A DNA stretch of 63,978 nt, filler included, from Phoronis australis (Eukaryota > Animalia > Phoronida), in assembly GCA_002633005.1 (NCBI GenBank). It is 8 parts of 8 records of this genome, joined end to end, with 100 filler letters (N's around TTAATTAATTAA, not from the genome) between each part and the next. Parts side by side here need not be neighbours in the genome. Positions count along the whole stretch, not along the records: positions 41,520 to 48,792 come from NMRA01001377.1; positions 48,893 to 58,972 come from NMRA01001600.1; positions 59,073 to 63,978 come from NMRA01002462.1; 5 more parts are not named here. One strand, 5' to 3'. The position numbers and the translations under genes were made by a program. This document shows positions 47,211 to 61,049 of this stretch, one piece after another (within the stretch, counting starts at the first letter, position 1; every line of letters begins with the position of its first letter). The notes under the pieces are model-generated. The model had not been told where the DNA came from. It did no database searches and saw only the letters and a list, made by a program, of their open reading frames with translations.

Positions 47211-48139
47211 ATTTCATGCGCCCACGTATCGTATGTGGGCGCAATTGCTGTTATATCTGCTTGACGTCCGGTGTCCGCCTTTGTATCTCCTAACACCTAA
47301 CGCTCTTCATTTTACTTTGCGGATTTGTCTATCAGGCAGAATGACAGACGACAGCGACTTTCGGACTAAAAGGACAACTGAAGTGACCTATGAGTTTGTA
47401 TTTTCGGGGTCTTTTGACTAATTTCTATAAAAGTTGAAAATAGCTTTCTGAAGAGGCACGGCGACCTCTTTCCATTTTCGAATTCGACGTATTCCGCGCC
47501 ACCTAATGGTCATTTTTATTATTCTCGAGTACGTTTTTTTTTTGCCGCAGCCTCTTATTCCAACTAACCGCCATCATAGAAATTTACTGGCATGTTCATG
47601 CAGAAGAAACCGCTGCTGATTTCCTTACGTGTCCGACTCCTATGCCAACCTCTGGTGGCATTTTATGCATCCGCGGCTGTATATCCTTAACCCCTTGATG
47701 GATGAGTGTTTTCCAATTAAGGTGACAAAGGATCGCGACGACGTTTGGGTGTATCTGACTACGTCTGCGCTGCCTTATTTTTTACGTTTGCCTCAATATC
47801 TTCAGACGTCATTGACGCATTTTTGTGAAAATTGGAAAATTTGTTTCTGTAGTGGCGACAACATCTTTTCATTTCAGACAAATTCGACGTATTCTGCGCC
47901 ACCTAGTAGACTCTTTCATCACTTTCAAGCTTTTGTCTTCCGCCACTCTATCTACAAAACGGGATGATCATGACCTTTTGACAGATGTGTCGCTGCCAAG
48001 ATCATTTTCGACTGATGTTGATTTTCGAACGGCTGGGGCTTCTGTGACGCCACCTAGTGGCACATTATGCATCTACTGAAATCGTTGCGGAATCTTTGTG
48101 ATGTAATCGTAGGGGCATTTTAATGGAAGCCAGCCTAGT
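47211..48139 (+). mobile_element. Helentron/HINE-like element, plus orientation
   Basis: Starts TTTCATGCGCCCACGTATCGTATGTGGGCGCA (hairpin), then GTCC-type repeats and internal GCGCCACCTAGTGG-like motifs; ends CTAGT. Confidence 0.55.
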
Positions 48140-48607
48140 ACATGTAGTTGATTAATCAGAACGGATGACATACGCCATGCTCATCATGGTTTTCATTGTC
48201 CAGGTAAAGCTGTTCTTCACACAACAATTCATTTTAGCCCTTGTCATTTGGACGAATGACCACGTTAGATCGGATAAATGTACTGTTTGGAAATGTGCAG
48301 TATTCATCTACAACAACACGTATTGAGACAATCGTCTTTCTTAATACTTTCTAACTCTCAATTCAAATAGGCGAGGCAAGTCTGGGATTGCTTTACCTTA
48401 ATTTACAAGTTACCGTTTATTAGAAGTTTCAACAGATGTAAACATAAAATCGAGATGAGGTATACACTGATAAACAAAAATACGTGCAAAACACTTTCAA
48501 GAAAGTGCTCTGTACTTTCGATCTGAAGAACGGATAGAGGGAGTACACAAAAATCCCACCATTGTATTGTTATTAGATCCTCCATTGCTGACCGGTCTAG
48601 TATTAAG

Positions 48608-48790
48608 AGCCCGGTTGCATGAAACAGTCCTTAAATTTTAGGGATGTCCTTAAGTCTAAGGACGTCCCTAAATTTTAGGGACTGTTGCATGAAAAGTTCC
48701 CAGTTAGTTTAGGCATTAAATAGGGACTCAACTTTTGGCGTTACCAAAAGTAAGTCCCTAAGTTGAGTCTCTGGCAATAAAATCAGTGGC
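48608..48790. mobile_element. Harbinger-like MITE end with internal palindrome (truncated by contig end)
   Basis: GAGCCCGGTTGCATGAAA followed by inverted repeats of CCTAAATTTTAGGGAC. Confidence 0.45.
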
Positions 48791-48792
48791 GG

Positions 48793-48892
48793 NNNNNNNN
48801 NNNNNNNNNNNNNNNNNNNNNNNNNNNNNNNNNNNNTTAATTAATTAANNNNNNNNNNNNNNNNNNNNNNNNNNNNNNNNNNNNNNNNNNNN
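48793..48892. other. Artificial contig linker
   Basis: N44-TTAATTAATTAA-N44. Confidence 0.97.
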
Positions 48893-49063
48893 GAATGGAA
48901 CATATGTGCCAAATTTCATGAACGTATGTCAAAGGGTTTTGGAGATAGAGCAGCGGACGCCGGACGCCAGACGCCAGACGCCGGACGCCGCCCGGACGGA
49001 CGGACGGACGGACGGAGATGACGGCATAATGCGTCCACATATAAATATGTGGGCGCATAAAAA
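48893..49063 (-). mobile_element. End of a Helentron/HINE-like element
   Basis: (GGAC)n/(GACGCC)n microsatellite, hairpin ATGCGTCCACAT-ATAAAT-ATGTGGGCGCAT, then an A-run. Confidence 0.65.
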
Positions 49064-50761
49064 CAGACTTTGCATTTGCTACGATATGTCCTCGATTTGT
49101 TTTGATTGGTTAAATTGCTTGGATTGCCTCGGCCTTAGTTTGCAGTTTGTTATATAGAATTTCAATATGACCATGTACAAACATAAGCAGCACATTATCA
49201 CATTACATGTCTGTTCAGATGTGAGATCTATACTCTGCCTTGTTTAGAGTATGCTGTTTGAGGTTACCTAATATTACATCAGACCTACTTCTGCAAAAAC
49301 ATAGTCACACTGCTCTGTCATTCTTATTTGCGTTGGTTTCAATCAGCAAAACTATGTTATCAATGAAGAATCTTTACCAAAATGCCAAAGCACTAGATTT
49401 GAAAGCCACCTTCAACTGAACGTTAACCAAGTCCAGTCTGTCATATTCTGAGCTTCGGCACACATTCCTTCACATAAAGATTTATAAAACGATGCATATG
49501 GATCTTTTCATCGCTTGAGAATTGTGGGATTTACACATTCCTCGCCATCTGTTGGCAGCAAATGTAATTGCACATTCTCTGATTTCCCTGATTGTTTTCA
49601 TTCACCTCGGCCGACTGGTGTCCCACAATTCATTGCAGGTATCCCACAAATCTCTTACCATAAGAAGGTCAATATGTGCACAGTCACGCAACACCAGCTC
49701 CGTATTCCAGTGTGATTATTAACCTGCAGAGAACTATGGAACACAGCTTACCTGCATTTTTGTACCAGAGGCATTGATAAGACCCTGTCTAAGAATCGAG
49801 TGCCAATTTTCCATGCTAGAACCACTGAAATAGAATTGGTGTATATGAGATCAGTGTTTTATTATGGCAATGTGTTGGGATTCATGAGTGACAAATGTAT
49901 GAGACTCAGTTTTATATATTATGCAGTGTTATTTGAGACAAAATTTGTATTTGATTTTTGTGCTCAGACAAGAAATGTGCAGATAATGATCACACTCGAC
50001 TTAAGTTAGAAACGTGAGATAGACTGTGGAGAAATTTCTCGGTTACACTGGTCACCACACATATTCCCTTTGCCCTCAGACAGCTAGAAATGCGCGAATT
50101 TGAAATCATGAGTTACTTTGTAACTTCATTTTATGAGTTACCAAATGCAAATTCATGTAATCAAACACAAAAGCCAAAAAAACTTACCATCTTAAACAGT
50201 AGATTTTGAGTAGATTTATTACGAGACATTATAATGCGAAGATGGCAAAAGAAACACAACATAAAGAGGCACCAATACGCAAAAGAATGTTTGGAAAATA
50301 CTAACACTAAGCTGGAGAGAGTTCCAAATTGAAGATTGCGGATTTCAAGCGCAGGACTTACTGGAATGCGAAGACAGTGCCATGTTCACGCTTGGCCTGC
50401 TGGAAAACTTCCTCGTGAGATGGCCCTGAAGCCATTAACAGGAACTGGTGAGGGGTGCACATAAACTGTAACAGCTGAACAGGAAAAGGAAAATCAATCC
50501 ATGAACGATGGATTCGTGCATCCCTGTTTTTGTCAAATAAAACAGAAACAGGGATTATAGATCCGTACCTGCAGAAAATAGACTTGATGCTATCTGAACT
50601 GTTGTAGGCAACAAAACTGAAGAGTCATAGTCACGATCTGCCTCCCACCAGAGATGTTTGTCAGACAAATTTTGCCAGAACTTGACTTTGTCTGATTCAC
50701 AAACTAAGGGGAGTTACCACTTGGCTACTAGGTACCGAGCAAGTTGATTTCTTTATATTAA

Positions 50762-51351
50762 CCCTTATCCTGCTGTGCCTCTATTCAGACTACTTTCCCT
50801 GTGTGCTGAGCTAAGTAGGTCACCACTACTACTGTACACCAAGCTGTTGTGGAGGTCACCCAGACAAATGACCTTACAATTTTAAATTGGAAATTTGAAA
50901 GGGAAATATTAAATTAACAGAAAAGAAGTCAATACAAAACTTGTGCAGAATTTAATGGGGATTTTCACCATGTGTAAGTCTTTATCATAGCCTTGGTGGA
51001 AGTAAACTGATCCACTGTCATCCTCTCCCGTATGGCTCCAGCCGTATAATGAAACTATGCGTCTACACTTACATAAACCTGCCAATATCTCCCAAACTAG
51101 TAATCACAGCCATATGGTTTACATTGGAGAACAGTAGAGGAAGTTGTGAAGTATGGAATGCTGAAGGTCACATATCTAAACAACATTCCAGGGCTCTTAC
51201 ATTTTCTGAATGAAAATCACAAGTGTCCTGGGGTGAGTGCACTCTCCTAGCGCAGCCCAGCTGTAACTTATTATAGTCGATTGAGTACACCCAACGCATT
51301 TTAATAGGATAATTGGCATGTCGGCTGACCTCACCTAGCGCAGGATAAGGG
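50762..51351. mobile_element. piggyBac-type MITE
   Basis: TTAA-CCCTTATCCTGC ... GCAGGATAAGGG-TTAA: perfect 12-bp TIR with TTAA TSD. Confidence 0.85.
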
Positions 51352-54300
51352 TTAAACAGTGACATTTGAATCTCGCAATAATTTTACCCACAATGCTGTA
51401 ACATTCGCCAAGTTGTACTATGGCCTCATTTTTTGCGCCATTGGGGTGTCTCATGTAATTAATTGGTGCCTCGACTTTTTCATTTTTTTCTTGACCTCCC
51501 AAAACAAGTGAAGTTTTACAACTGTGCTGTGCGCTGCAACTCCGATGGCAGAAAGCTGGATAAACTTGAGAAGAATCCATGGATATTTTCTGACATGATT
51601 CCTATGAAAGCAGCCAGACATTTATACAGTGAGGCCAATGTAAAAACAAGTTTCCAACCTCCCGGAAAAAGGAACTTTCTTTCCAAGACCATCCTATCCT
51701 CTTACGAGATCAAATTGCCATTGATTAAAGAACAGTAGTCCGTAAAACCAGACTGCAAATCGAATGCTCACCTGAGGTTCACTTAGTTTTACAATGTGTG
51801 ATCTATTACTCGAAATGACCCTGAAAACAAAGTACGTCAATTATCAGCATAACATGAGAAATGTTGAGAGCCATTAGAAAAAAAATTTTTAATCATCGGA
51901 TCATCGGTCAGGATATTATACAGATCCTGTCAGGGTCTGAATACTTTAAGTTTGAATTCAACCTCAATTTAAACCTTGAAAGTTGTTTAAGCAAGTAACC
52001 AACTCCTTTTACCTCGCAAGATAAAGAGAAAAATAAATTCTTAAGCATTTGACTAGTTAACAGAATATCATTTATGGTTCATTAACAAGCTGAACTGTTA
52101 GAAAAGTGCCATTAAACTTGTGCTTTCTGTGAAATAAATGAGTTTTGATTTAGACTACGTAAAAATTATGAAATTGGTCACATGTTGTTCCTTAGTCAAA
52201 ACAGGTGTGACAGGAGGGCTTGGAAAAAACTGGCAGGCTTGTTATTTCTTCAGGTCAAGGTCACAAAATTTCAGGTCAAAACGTGACTGAGTAAGGAACA
52301 AAAGACCAAAGTGACCTAAATCAGTTTTTGAAAGAAAGGAAGGGTTTAACGCCACTTTAATATATATAAAACAAAGAACAATAACCATAAATTTGCATCT
52401 TCTCACACCTTTTGGGTAGGTGCAATAAAACTTGCATGGCTAGACCACTTTCTAAACAGAGGCTTTAAAATAAATAACCACTTTGCACTAACAGTAACTG
52501 CGTTACCATAGCAACAGTGGATAGGCTAAAACATCCAATGCATCTAGTCTCTCCTTGATGTCGTCTCTGTGCACTGTTGCCATCTGGCAGAATTTTGTGA
52601 GGTGACTCAGGTTCTTCTTTAGTTTCTCAAAATTCTTTGTCTAAAATTAAATGCAGAATGACAAGGTGTCATGTTAGGAATCTTACAAATCATCATTTTA
52701 TCGTCATTCAACATTTTCATTTCATTTCAGTTTGCATCATTTCTACATTGTCATCATCAACTGATACATGTGGGTTTCAGGTGTAATCTTTTTACCTGAA
52801 ACCGAACTTGAAATTTTTTTGAAAGCTTGCATTCACCTTTAATTAGAACCCGCCAAGTAGTACAAATTCGCACTCGATGACCCCTGGATTCGAGATGCAA
52901 ACTTGAGTAAAAACTTGACATTTTGAGTTCAGACTTGATGTTATAACTAATAAAATGGTGGGGTCAAGCACTAAATAGGGTTACAGTGGTCCAAGTAAAC
53001 TGAAATATACATTAGAATAATCAGATGAGTTACTCATCATCAGATTGTAATGAAGGAGTACTGAAAATGTTGAAAATAATTTTGAGTTCAGTTTCAAGTA
53101 AAAAGTTTAGACCCGGGACCCCAAGTGCTTCAATACACTTCCCAACATTAACATAGCCATAAAGATCAGATGAACATGTTTACCATACAACCAGCTTCTT
53201 TTTTGAGTGAACTGAGGAAGTGGGCAAAAGGTCTGCCTCAGAGAACCAAAATCTCCGAAAACAGTAGCAAACGAAACAAAAGTCCACTAAAAAGGCAGGA
53301 ACAACCAAATTTTGGTGAATGCACAATTTATAGCTGTGAACGGACCCTGCGAACCTTAGTAAAAGGTCCACATTATCAAAAATTCGAGCTCCCCATTTTT
53401 AGGCTGGGTGCGTGCATGCTGCCTGCAACCTATACACAATAGGCTGACTTGGCTTGCACACATCAAAGTCCATTCAATAGTGATCTAAATACTCCTAATA
53501 TTTAAGAGTTTGGAGATACTTGAATAGGGGAGAACCTCATAAGTACGAAGCACTGCCTTCCATGAGTAAACATTTCCTGGCACTTTATACTTCTTGAACA
53601 GATTTGTACAAGAACTGCGTGTGTCATCAATTTTCAACACCATGAACATTGATCTAAGATAGTTTTTGGTGGAGCAAAGCAACTGCTGTATTACTGATAC
53701 ACAGCAGTGAAAAACTGGATGAAAGAAATATTGCGATATCGTGTACTGAAATTGGCGATTTATTCGAACCGTTTCTGAAAGTGATTTAATCATGATAAGT
53801 TAGGTTGGAAGCATTTTTTCTCAACAAAATACTATGAAAATTAGCCAAAAATAATGCAATTGGATTCGGTTTGTTGACAAGTGCTTCCAGTGTGGATCTG
53901 CTCACCTTAATGTATTCATACACATCTCCACTGGGTTTTATCAAATAAATAAATCTCAATGAAGCATGATAGATAATTCCTGTATTCCGCACTCCAATCG
54001 AGTGCCACTCTCAGCCATGAGGTAACATTAATAGCGTTTGTAAAACGGTGGTGCAGTGAACATAACAGGCACATTTTCAAGTCTTTCGTCCTTCAGAACT
54101 ATTGGGAAGGGGTAGTGACATCCCAAATCCATGGATATTTATCCAATTTATCCCACTTTCTTGAATAGGCAATGGCACAGCAGTAATACTTTCCCAAACA
54201 TGATATAAAACTGATTTAATGATATAAAATATAAAGTATTCAGACGACATATGCTAACAGGTGAATCTTCATGGAGCGAAAGCCAGGCTGCTGACCTGTT

Positions 54301-57018
54301 TGCCGTATCTGGAGATGTGCCGCTATTTCGTACCTCACACCATGGGAGAGCAATTAGTGCGGAAGGCGAAAACTGGTGTGCAAGTCATGAGATTGGACAA
54401 AAAATGGCGGGAACACTTACAGCAGCAATGACTTGCACTCCATCGAAGGAACCAAATTTTCATTTAGCTCACTTACTGCTATAAGTGATTTTTAGTCTTG
54501 CAGTGAAACGACAGTTCACCAGATCATGTTTACTGAATAAAATAAGATGCCATAAACAATTGACCCCAAATCGTTCCTTTGTCGAAACAGGGATGATAAC
54601 TGGGCTTGGAAGAAATTGACAGGCTCTCCAATTTGAGGTCAATTTGAGGTCAATTTGAGGTTAATTTCATAGCATTAAGCGGACGTCTAAATGAAGGAGT
54701 TTTTAGAGATGAAAGGCGAAATTACAGCTGCTTAAACAAAGACTAGATTTTTTGTCTGAATTTGGATACTATTCTGGTTTTGAGTCGACACCGACATGCG
54801 TATTATTTCAACACAATGACGCCAGGCTAACTTCTTGGAAGAACAGTAATGCATCCAAGTCAGTATACAGCACATGAAGGTGTGAGACAATTTGTGCAAT
54901 ACTTGTCTGCCAGCCAACACAGCATTCAAACTCAGTACCCCCCAAGTCAGAGTCCACGGTTCAAACCGCAGCGCTGTTCTACAAACATTTGCCACATGAA
55001 CTCACTCTTGGATGAAAGCCAAACTGTTTCGGGGCTAGTGGACTGACCACGGTAGGGAAGGGGTCAAACACAAGGTCGCGTCTGGTGGATACGCACGCAG
55101 CTTGAGCCAGAGTGATCAACAAGTCTACCACCTGTGGGTGAGAAGACAGTACACACGACATTCTATTAATAACATACGCCACAAACTTGATTCAAAAATT
55201 CTGTATAGTATTACACATTATTTTATCATCGTCAGTAACGGCTTTAAACATCTTTTAAAATTAAAGGTTTACTTCAGAATTCGATGTTTAAAAGAAAGAT
55301 ATTATGTATAATTCTTTTTGCTTTATTTTTGTCAAAAGCACCACCTCAAAATTTTAAAGCAAATCATGGTAGGTGTTCTGTACCCAAAGATGGCAGTAGC
55401 GGTTTGCCACAAAATTCACTTGCCTTGGTATCACATGCCAAGTCAACGGCAGCTCCAGACATGTACCCCATGGTCTGGAAAGTGAAGACACAAAGTTCTC
55501 TGTTGCACACGGAAGGCTGAAACAAAAAAACACAACAACTGTGACTATTGTGGTTTTCAGCATGATCGCCTGATCCAAAAATATCACTTACTTGGACCAG
55601 GAATTTGTGTTAATTTTTCATCAGTGTATAACAATCAGTCACTTTATTGCAGGCCATGTAAAAACATAAACGTCACTGCAGCACATTCTACTCTGTACTT
55701 TGGCATTATGCCAACACAGCTAACAGCAATTTTCCAAAGTCTATAGCCACAACCTAATAAAATAATTGCCATGTCAACAGATGGCGATAGAGTACTTGGT
55801 TAACAACAGCCAGCAGGATCTGCAGCTCACAATTGCATTTGATGGGGATTTACATGAGAACAGAATATATGCCGAATTTAATTACCTTCACCATTTGAAG
55901 AGTATCGAAGATATGCGTCTGATCACAAATCACACAATGTTTATTTAATGTTGGCAGGCGTTGACGAACGTAGTCTACGATCTGCAACAAGGTCATAAGG
56001 ACAAGTTCAAGAGAAATATCACTACAAGTTTCTTCCGTTTAGCAATTATTCCCGGTGAGGGAGCTAACCTTCGAACTCAGACTCAAAATTGAAGTAATGA
56101 TTAGAATACAATTTGTAGTGTTCCTCTAAGTGTAATGCACAATTGGTCAGCTTTGCATTCAAATTTTACAGTCGTAAAGTCATCACTAATGGTAATGCTA
56201 TGTTGCACACACAAGGGAATTGGATCAAGATTTATAATATTGGTCACCAATGACACTAGTGATTCTTGTACTTATCTATAGAAAAACTACAATGCACGAT
56301 AAAATGATTCAAGTTTATTAGACAAGTAGAGTACTAAAGTCCTGCGCTATGACTCATTTTTGGCACAATACTTTATTGTACGTTACACTTAATCAGTCAG
56401 ATTATCAATAATAAGGTCACAGTTCCCAGAAAACACTAAAACACAGCTCCATGATGTAACAGAGATCCGTGTATGTCTATTTGTATAACGCAAGAGATAT
56501 TGCTTACTACCCGCTTAATCATACCGCAAAACTTGTAAGTCTTGACTTGTGAATTCGCCCAAAGTGAAAAATGATATTAATTTAGGGTTCGCACCTGAAT
56601 AAGAACGTTTTGTTGGTTTCCATCGCTAACGTCAGCAGTTTGCCACAATGCCCAGTTGTCTGACACAAATGTCTGAGTGATTCTGAAATGAAAACCTGGG
56701 ATTTTAAAAAATACATGTAAGAGTATGGGAATCAAAGAAAAACAAAAAAGTAATTAAGAAACAACATTTTCTTATAACTGGAGGATGTTATTAACTTTAA
56801 ATATAAGTTTCATTATATTTTTGACATCAGTCACTAATTATGAAACACATACTCACTAAATTTTAAAATCAACATATTTCAAATAATAGACGTCAAGAAA
56901 AGTCAGAGAAACCTCCTTTCAAATTCGCTTTTAGTGAATTACACAGTAACTGTGGTGAAACACCACCCACCAAGCACCATAATGTCCAATCTGTGACACA
57001 AGGAGTGTGAGTTTTTAA

Positions 57019-58972
57019 GAGTGACTCCATATAAAAACCAACAGGTAGAGTCTATACCCAAAATCACCGATTTTTTTGAAACTTAGCACATAAGTTTGAT
57101 TTGTTGAGAAGTAGAAAAACCTCACTTTTTAAGAATTTTCATTCATTATTTTTCTTTTTATGACCTGTACCTCCATTTTGCAACAAAATTGGGCGTCGAA
57201 GTAGGCATGTTTGAATGCATTTGACTAGCATGTATGATACGGTCAAAACAAATGAATAATACGAATTGAAAGGGCAATGGCTGAATAATGTAATGTCATA
57301 ACTTTCAAAATCCATTTTTAAATTGATAAGTTTTGAATTTGTGAGGCAAAAACGGTTATTTTTCAGGTTTACACTGAAGCCATTTTCGGCCACATTTTAC
57401 ACTCTGTAGCAGCCATAACGCACCTTTCCTGAAATTGACTTTATAATAATTTGTTAGGTCATTCCTAACCTGTTTATAATCTAAAATAAAAAATCTTGCC
57501 TCTAATGTAGTTTTTGCGTACGAAGCATTACACAAACTGCACTTCGACCTTTTTGCATTTTCTCAGTTGCCTCTGCTGCCAATAGGGGGCTCTTGGAACA
57601 TATAATAAGCTTGCAAAACACGAAATAAAAACTTTGTATTTTGGAGAAAAGGCAGACAGCATTATTAATTACCATTCTATGAAAACGGCATTGATGATTA
57701 CTACTTATTACAAAAATGTGTACGTAAATCAACTGGCATGCGTGCTTCTAAATGATAGATGGCGCTGCTTTTGTTTTATGAAGACGCATCTAGAATAAGA
57801 GCAGTAACACGAGGACCTTGCTATAATTCAAGACTTCGCGAGATGTTGCCGTGTANTAAAAAATCTTGCCTCTAATCTAGTTTTTGCGTACGAAGCATTA
57901 TACGAACTGCACTTCGTCCTTTTGCATGTTCTCAGTTTCCTCTGCTGCCAATAGGGGGCTCTTGGAAGATATAATTAGCTTGCGAAACACGACATATTTT
58001 GGAGAAAAGGCAGATGGCATTATTAATTACCATTCTATGAAAACGGCATTGATGATTAATACTTATTACAAAAATGTGTACGTAAATCAACTGGCATGCG
58101 TGCTTCTAAATGATAGATGGCGCTGTTTTTGTTTACGTGGAGACTGAAGACGCATCTAGAATTAGAGCAGTAACACGAGGACCTTGCTATAATTCAAGAC
58201 TTCGCGAGATGTTGCCGTGTATTTTAAATGAGAACACGTGGTTTTGGATAAATTTTAGAGAGGTTCTAGTGTTGATGAACTCACCCCTGCCTTGTTTTCT
58301 ATCTGCCTTGTTCGTGCCAAAGGCAAAGGAAGGCACCAAAGGTGGATATGCCCCGGCCCCTAGTGTTCAGGGCAAAAAATCCTTCAACTTGTCAATAGAC
58401 ATTGTAACTTTGGGTTCACATTGTAATGTCCCTGCTAGTTGCTACAAATTTTAGTCGCCACCAGTCGCCAGAAATCTGGTGTTCCACCTCCCACACGCCA
58501 GTGTGATCATCAGTGGTATAAAAAGGAACACATACAGTCAACAGAAAATAATTAGCGAAAGACAATTTTATTAATGACTACTTCATGACAGACATGAAGT
58601 AAACAGAAGTAACGGTCTCGACTTCATATATCACACATCTTTGACTGGTATGCTACAAAACTAGGCTAAACGTTGAGCTCATTTACCACTTCATTCAGTA
58701 AATCTGACGACCTAACAGCATCTTCAGCAGAAATAGCATCGTCATAAACATTGCTGCAGACAACCTCGAAAAAATCCACCAATCTGCGATTCGCTTAACA
58801 TCACAGGTAAACACTTTCACAGTGGGTTCTCGTAATGTTTTCTCCATTTTGGCACTTCCGAGGGTGAAAGTTTTTACCTGACTTTCTCCTTCATCGAATA
58901 TGTTCGTCAAAAAGTTCTTAACCTTTGATGAAAATCTTGTTGACCTTTTACCTTTTTTCAATGCCTAACCTA
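57019..58972 (-). mobile_element. Sola3-like DNA transposon remnant, truncated by contig end
   Basis: Terminus TTAA|GAGTGACTCCA. Minus strand at 58700-58970 reads G*ALKKGKRSTRFSSKVKNFLTNIFDEGE...IFSRL, a decayed GWAL-motif C-terminus. Confidence 0.5.
57486..58220. repeat. ~365-bp tandem duplication joined at a single N (57856)
   Basis: 57486-57855 and 57857-58220 are diverged copies with substitutions and small indels. Confidence 0.9.
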
Positions 58973-59072
58973 NNNNNNNNNNNNNNNNNNNNNNNNNNNN
59001 NNNNNNNNNNNNNNNNTTAATTAATTAANNNNNNNNNNNNNNNNNNNNNNNNNNNNNNNNNNNNNNNNNNNN
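58973..59072. other. Artificial contig linker
   Basis: N44-TTAATTAATTAA-N44. Confidence 0.97.
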
Positions 59073-59135
59073 TGGAGTATGGTGGATGGAAGAGATGCTA
59101 TTTACAAGGAGTTTCAGTTTAAAGACTTTAATGAA
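59073..59135 (+). CDS. PCBD: Pterin-4-alpha-carbinolamine dehydratase (PCBD/DCoH), partial exon
   Basis: WSMVDGRDAIYKEFQFKDFNE then gtgag; 5' part cut by contig start. Confidence 0.93.
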
Positions 59136-60366
59136 GTGAGCCATGAGCGATGAGTTGTCTTTCACTAAATACGCAATAGACTATGAAAAATTACTTGTAT
59201 GCAAACTTTCATGATGTGTGGATCAGGTAGGGGTCCAAAAGATAAATTTCAATTTTTAAGTTACGCTAAAACGTGAATCCAACAGGACAGAGTGACTTCA
59301 TCTGAGTAAGGTGAAATCTTTCTTATCTAAAGGGCTGACTGCACTTACTGGGAAAACCGTACTGCAGTACTTTGTACAAGTTGAACAAAAATCCAACTTA
59401 TGTTCATGTCTGACTTATTTTACTCACCTGTTAAAAACCTAACTGTTCATTGTTAAAACTTGACTTTTAAAATCTAAGATCCGATGTAACTAAAAAATTG
59501 TGACTTGCTTTTAAGAGCTGTTCAAGTATTCTCCACAACTGAAAACTCAAACATGTTGTAAGTGAGTGAATGCCATCCAACGGGCCTGAAGACAACTTTC
59601 TCTGTTGTGCACATTTACGTGTAATTTATTGCATTACTCGTTTGTCACTTTCAATTGTCTATGGCCAGATGTTTCTATTCCTGATGTAAAGTGGTAAAAT
59701 CATTTGCTGATGGGGATACCTTTATTCCAAACTGATCGCTATTTTTCAAATAGGTTGCGGGCCATTCAAACATGCTGCAGGTCTGGCAAACGGGCAGGGC
59801 TTAGAATTTTCCTCGTCTTTTAAAAGGATTTCCTCTTTTTTGTTTCGATTTTCTCTTATTTGATTTCCAGTTTCCGCTTCTTTTGTCTATTTTTTCGTTA
59901 TTTTGACTATTTGTTTATTTCAGTTAACCTTTACAACACAAAAAATATTTCTATCACACTGTGGAATGATTATAATCACCTGGAAATTTTCCTCTTTGGT
60001 CACTCTAAGCCCTGAACAGGTCGCAGGGACATGCTAAAACAAGTCAGGAAACATCGAGTAAAATGCGGCGACTGGAAGCAGTTGACATCAGTGTTTAGGC
60101 GAGAAAAATTTTTCTGCCATGTATATTGAGCATCAGTCAAAGATTCGACATGTATGCGTCACTTGAATGCACATTTTCTGTGAAATTTTGCACTTGGGCA
60201 TTAGAATACCACCATTGTAACTCAAAAATTTTTTTAGCTCTACAGCGCAGCCCAATTGTGTGGCCAAAAAGTTTGCATTTATTATGAAAGTCAAAATTTA
60301 AGATCAAGTTACTGATGTGTGCTGTCTTGTCAAACCACTGATAGTATGAACTTTGCTCATTTTTAG

Positions 60367-60447
60367 GCATTTGGATTTATGACGAGAGTTGCACTGTTGG
60401 CTGAAAAAATGGATCATCATCCTGAATGGTTTAATGTTTACAACAGA
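60367..60447 (+). CDS. PCBD: PCBD exon with HHPEW motif
   Basis: 81 bp, tag/gtgagt; [27 protein letters not shown]. Confidence 0.97.
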
Positions 60448-61049
60448 GTGAGTAGTATTAAATGACTGTGTTTCATTAAATCTGAATGAATTTTCCAATT
60501 GTGTGCATTCAATCTACACGACTGTGCCTGAGTTTTTCTTCTGCCTTGAACATCATAGAACCAGGTATTAAGGTAGTACACCGATCAGTTACAAAGTTTT
60601 TGTTAAAAACAATCATGTTTTTTCTTTTCTGAATGACTTGAAATGATGAGCAAAATTAGCTGATGCCAGGTTCGAAATGAGTTCTTAAGATATTAGGAAG
60701 AAATAATATCTGGTTGTATATAATATGATTAAAGATGCAAAAGAAAAAAGTCTACTGTCCAAAAGCAACATTTGAATGGGCCACTTGTCATAAAATTAGT
60801 GTCACCTTGTAATTTACGCTGATTACTTCAAATGATTTCTATGCTTAAGAAAAGGGGTCTACTTGCGTTAAAGATCAAGCTCATTAATTGCCTATCATGC
60901 TGGGTTGTGCATCAGTCGCTGTAGCAGCATGGCTGTCAGGATAGTTTGGCATGTGCTTATTGAGTCAATTTCAGTTCAAACAAGAGTTTAACATAACATT
61001 GCTTTTGAAGTGCAAACACTCTTGTAAAGAAAGCAATTTTTAATACCAG

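Noticed and set aside
53480-55950. Possible decayed transposase or host exons
   Set aside because: Patchy coding-like fragments (e.g. LTIAFDGDL) but no recognisable motif set or consistent splice phases; needs BLASTX.
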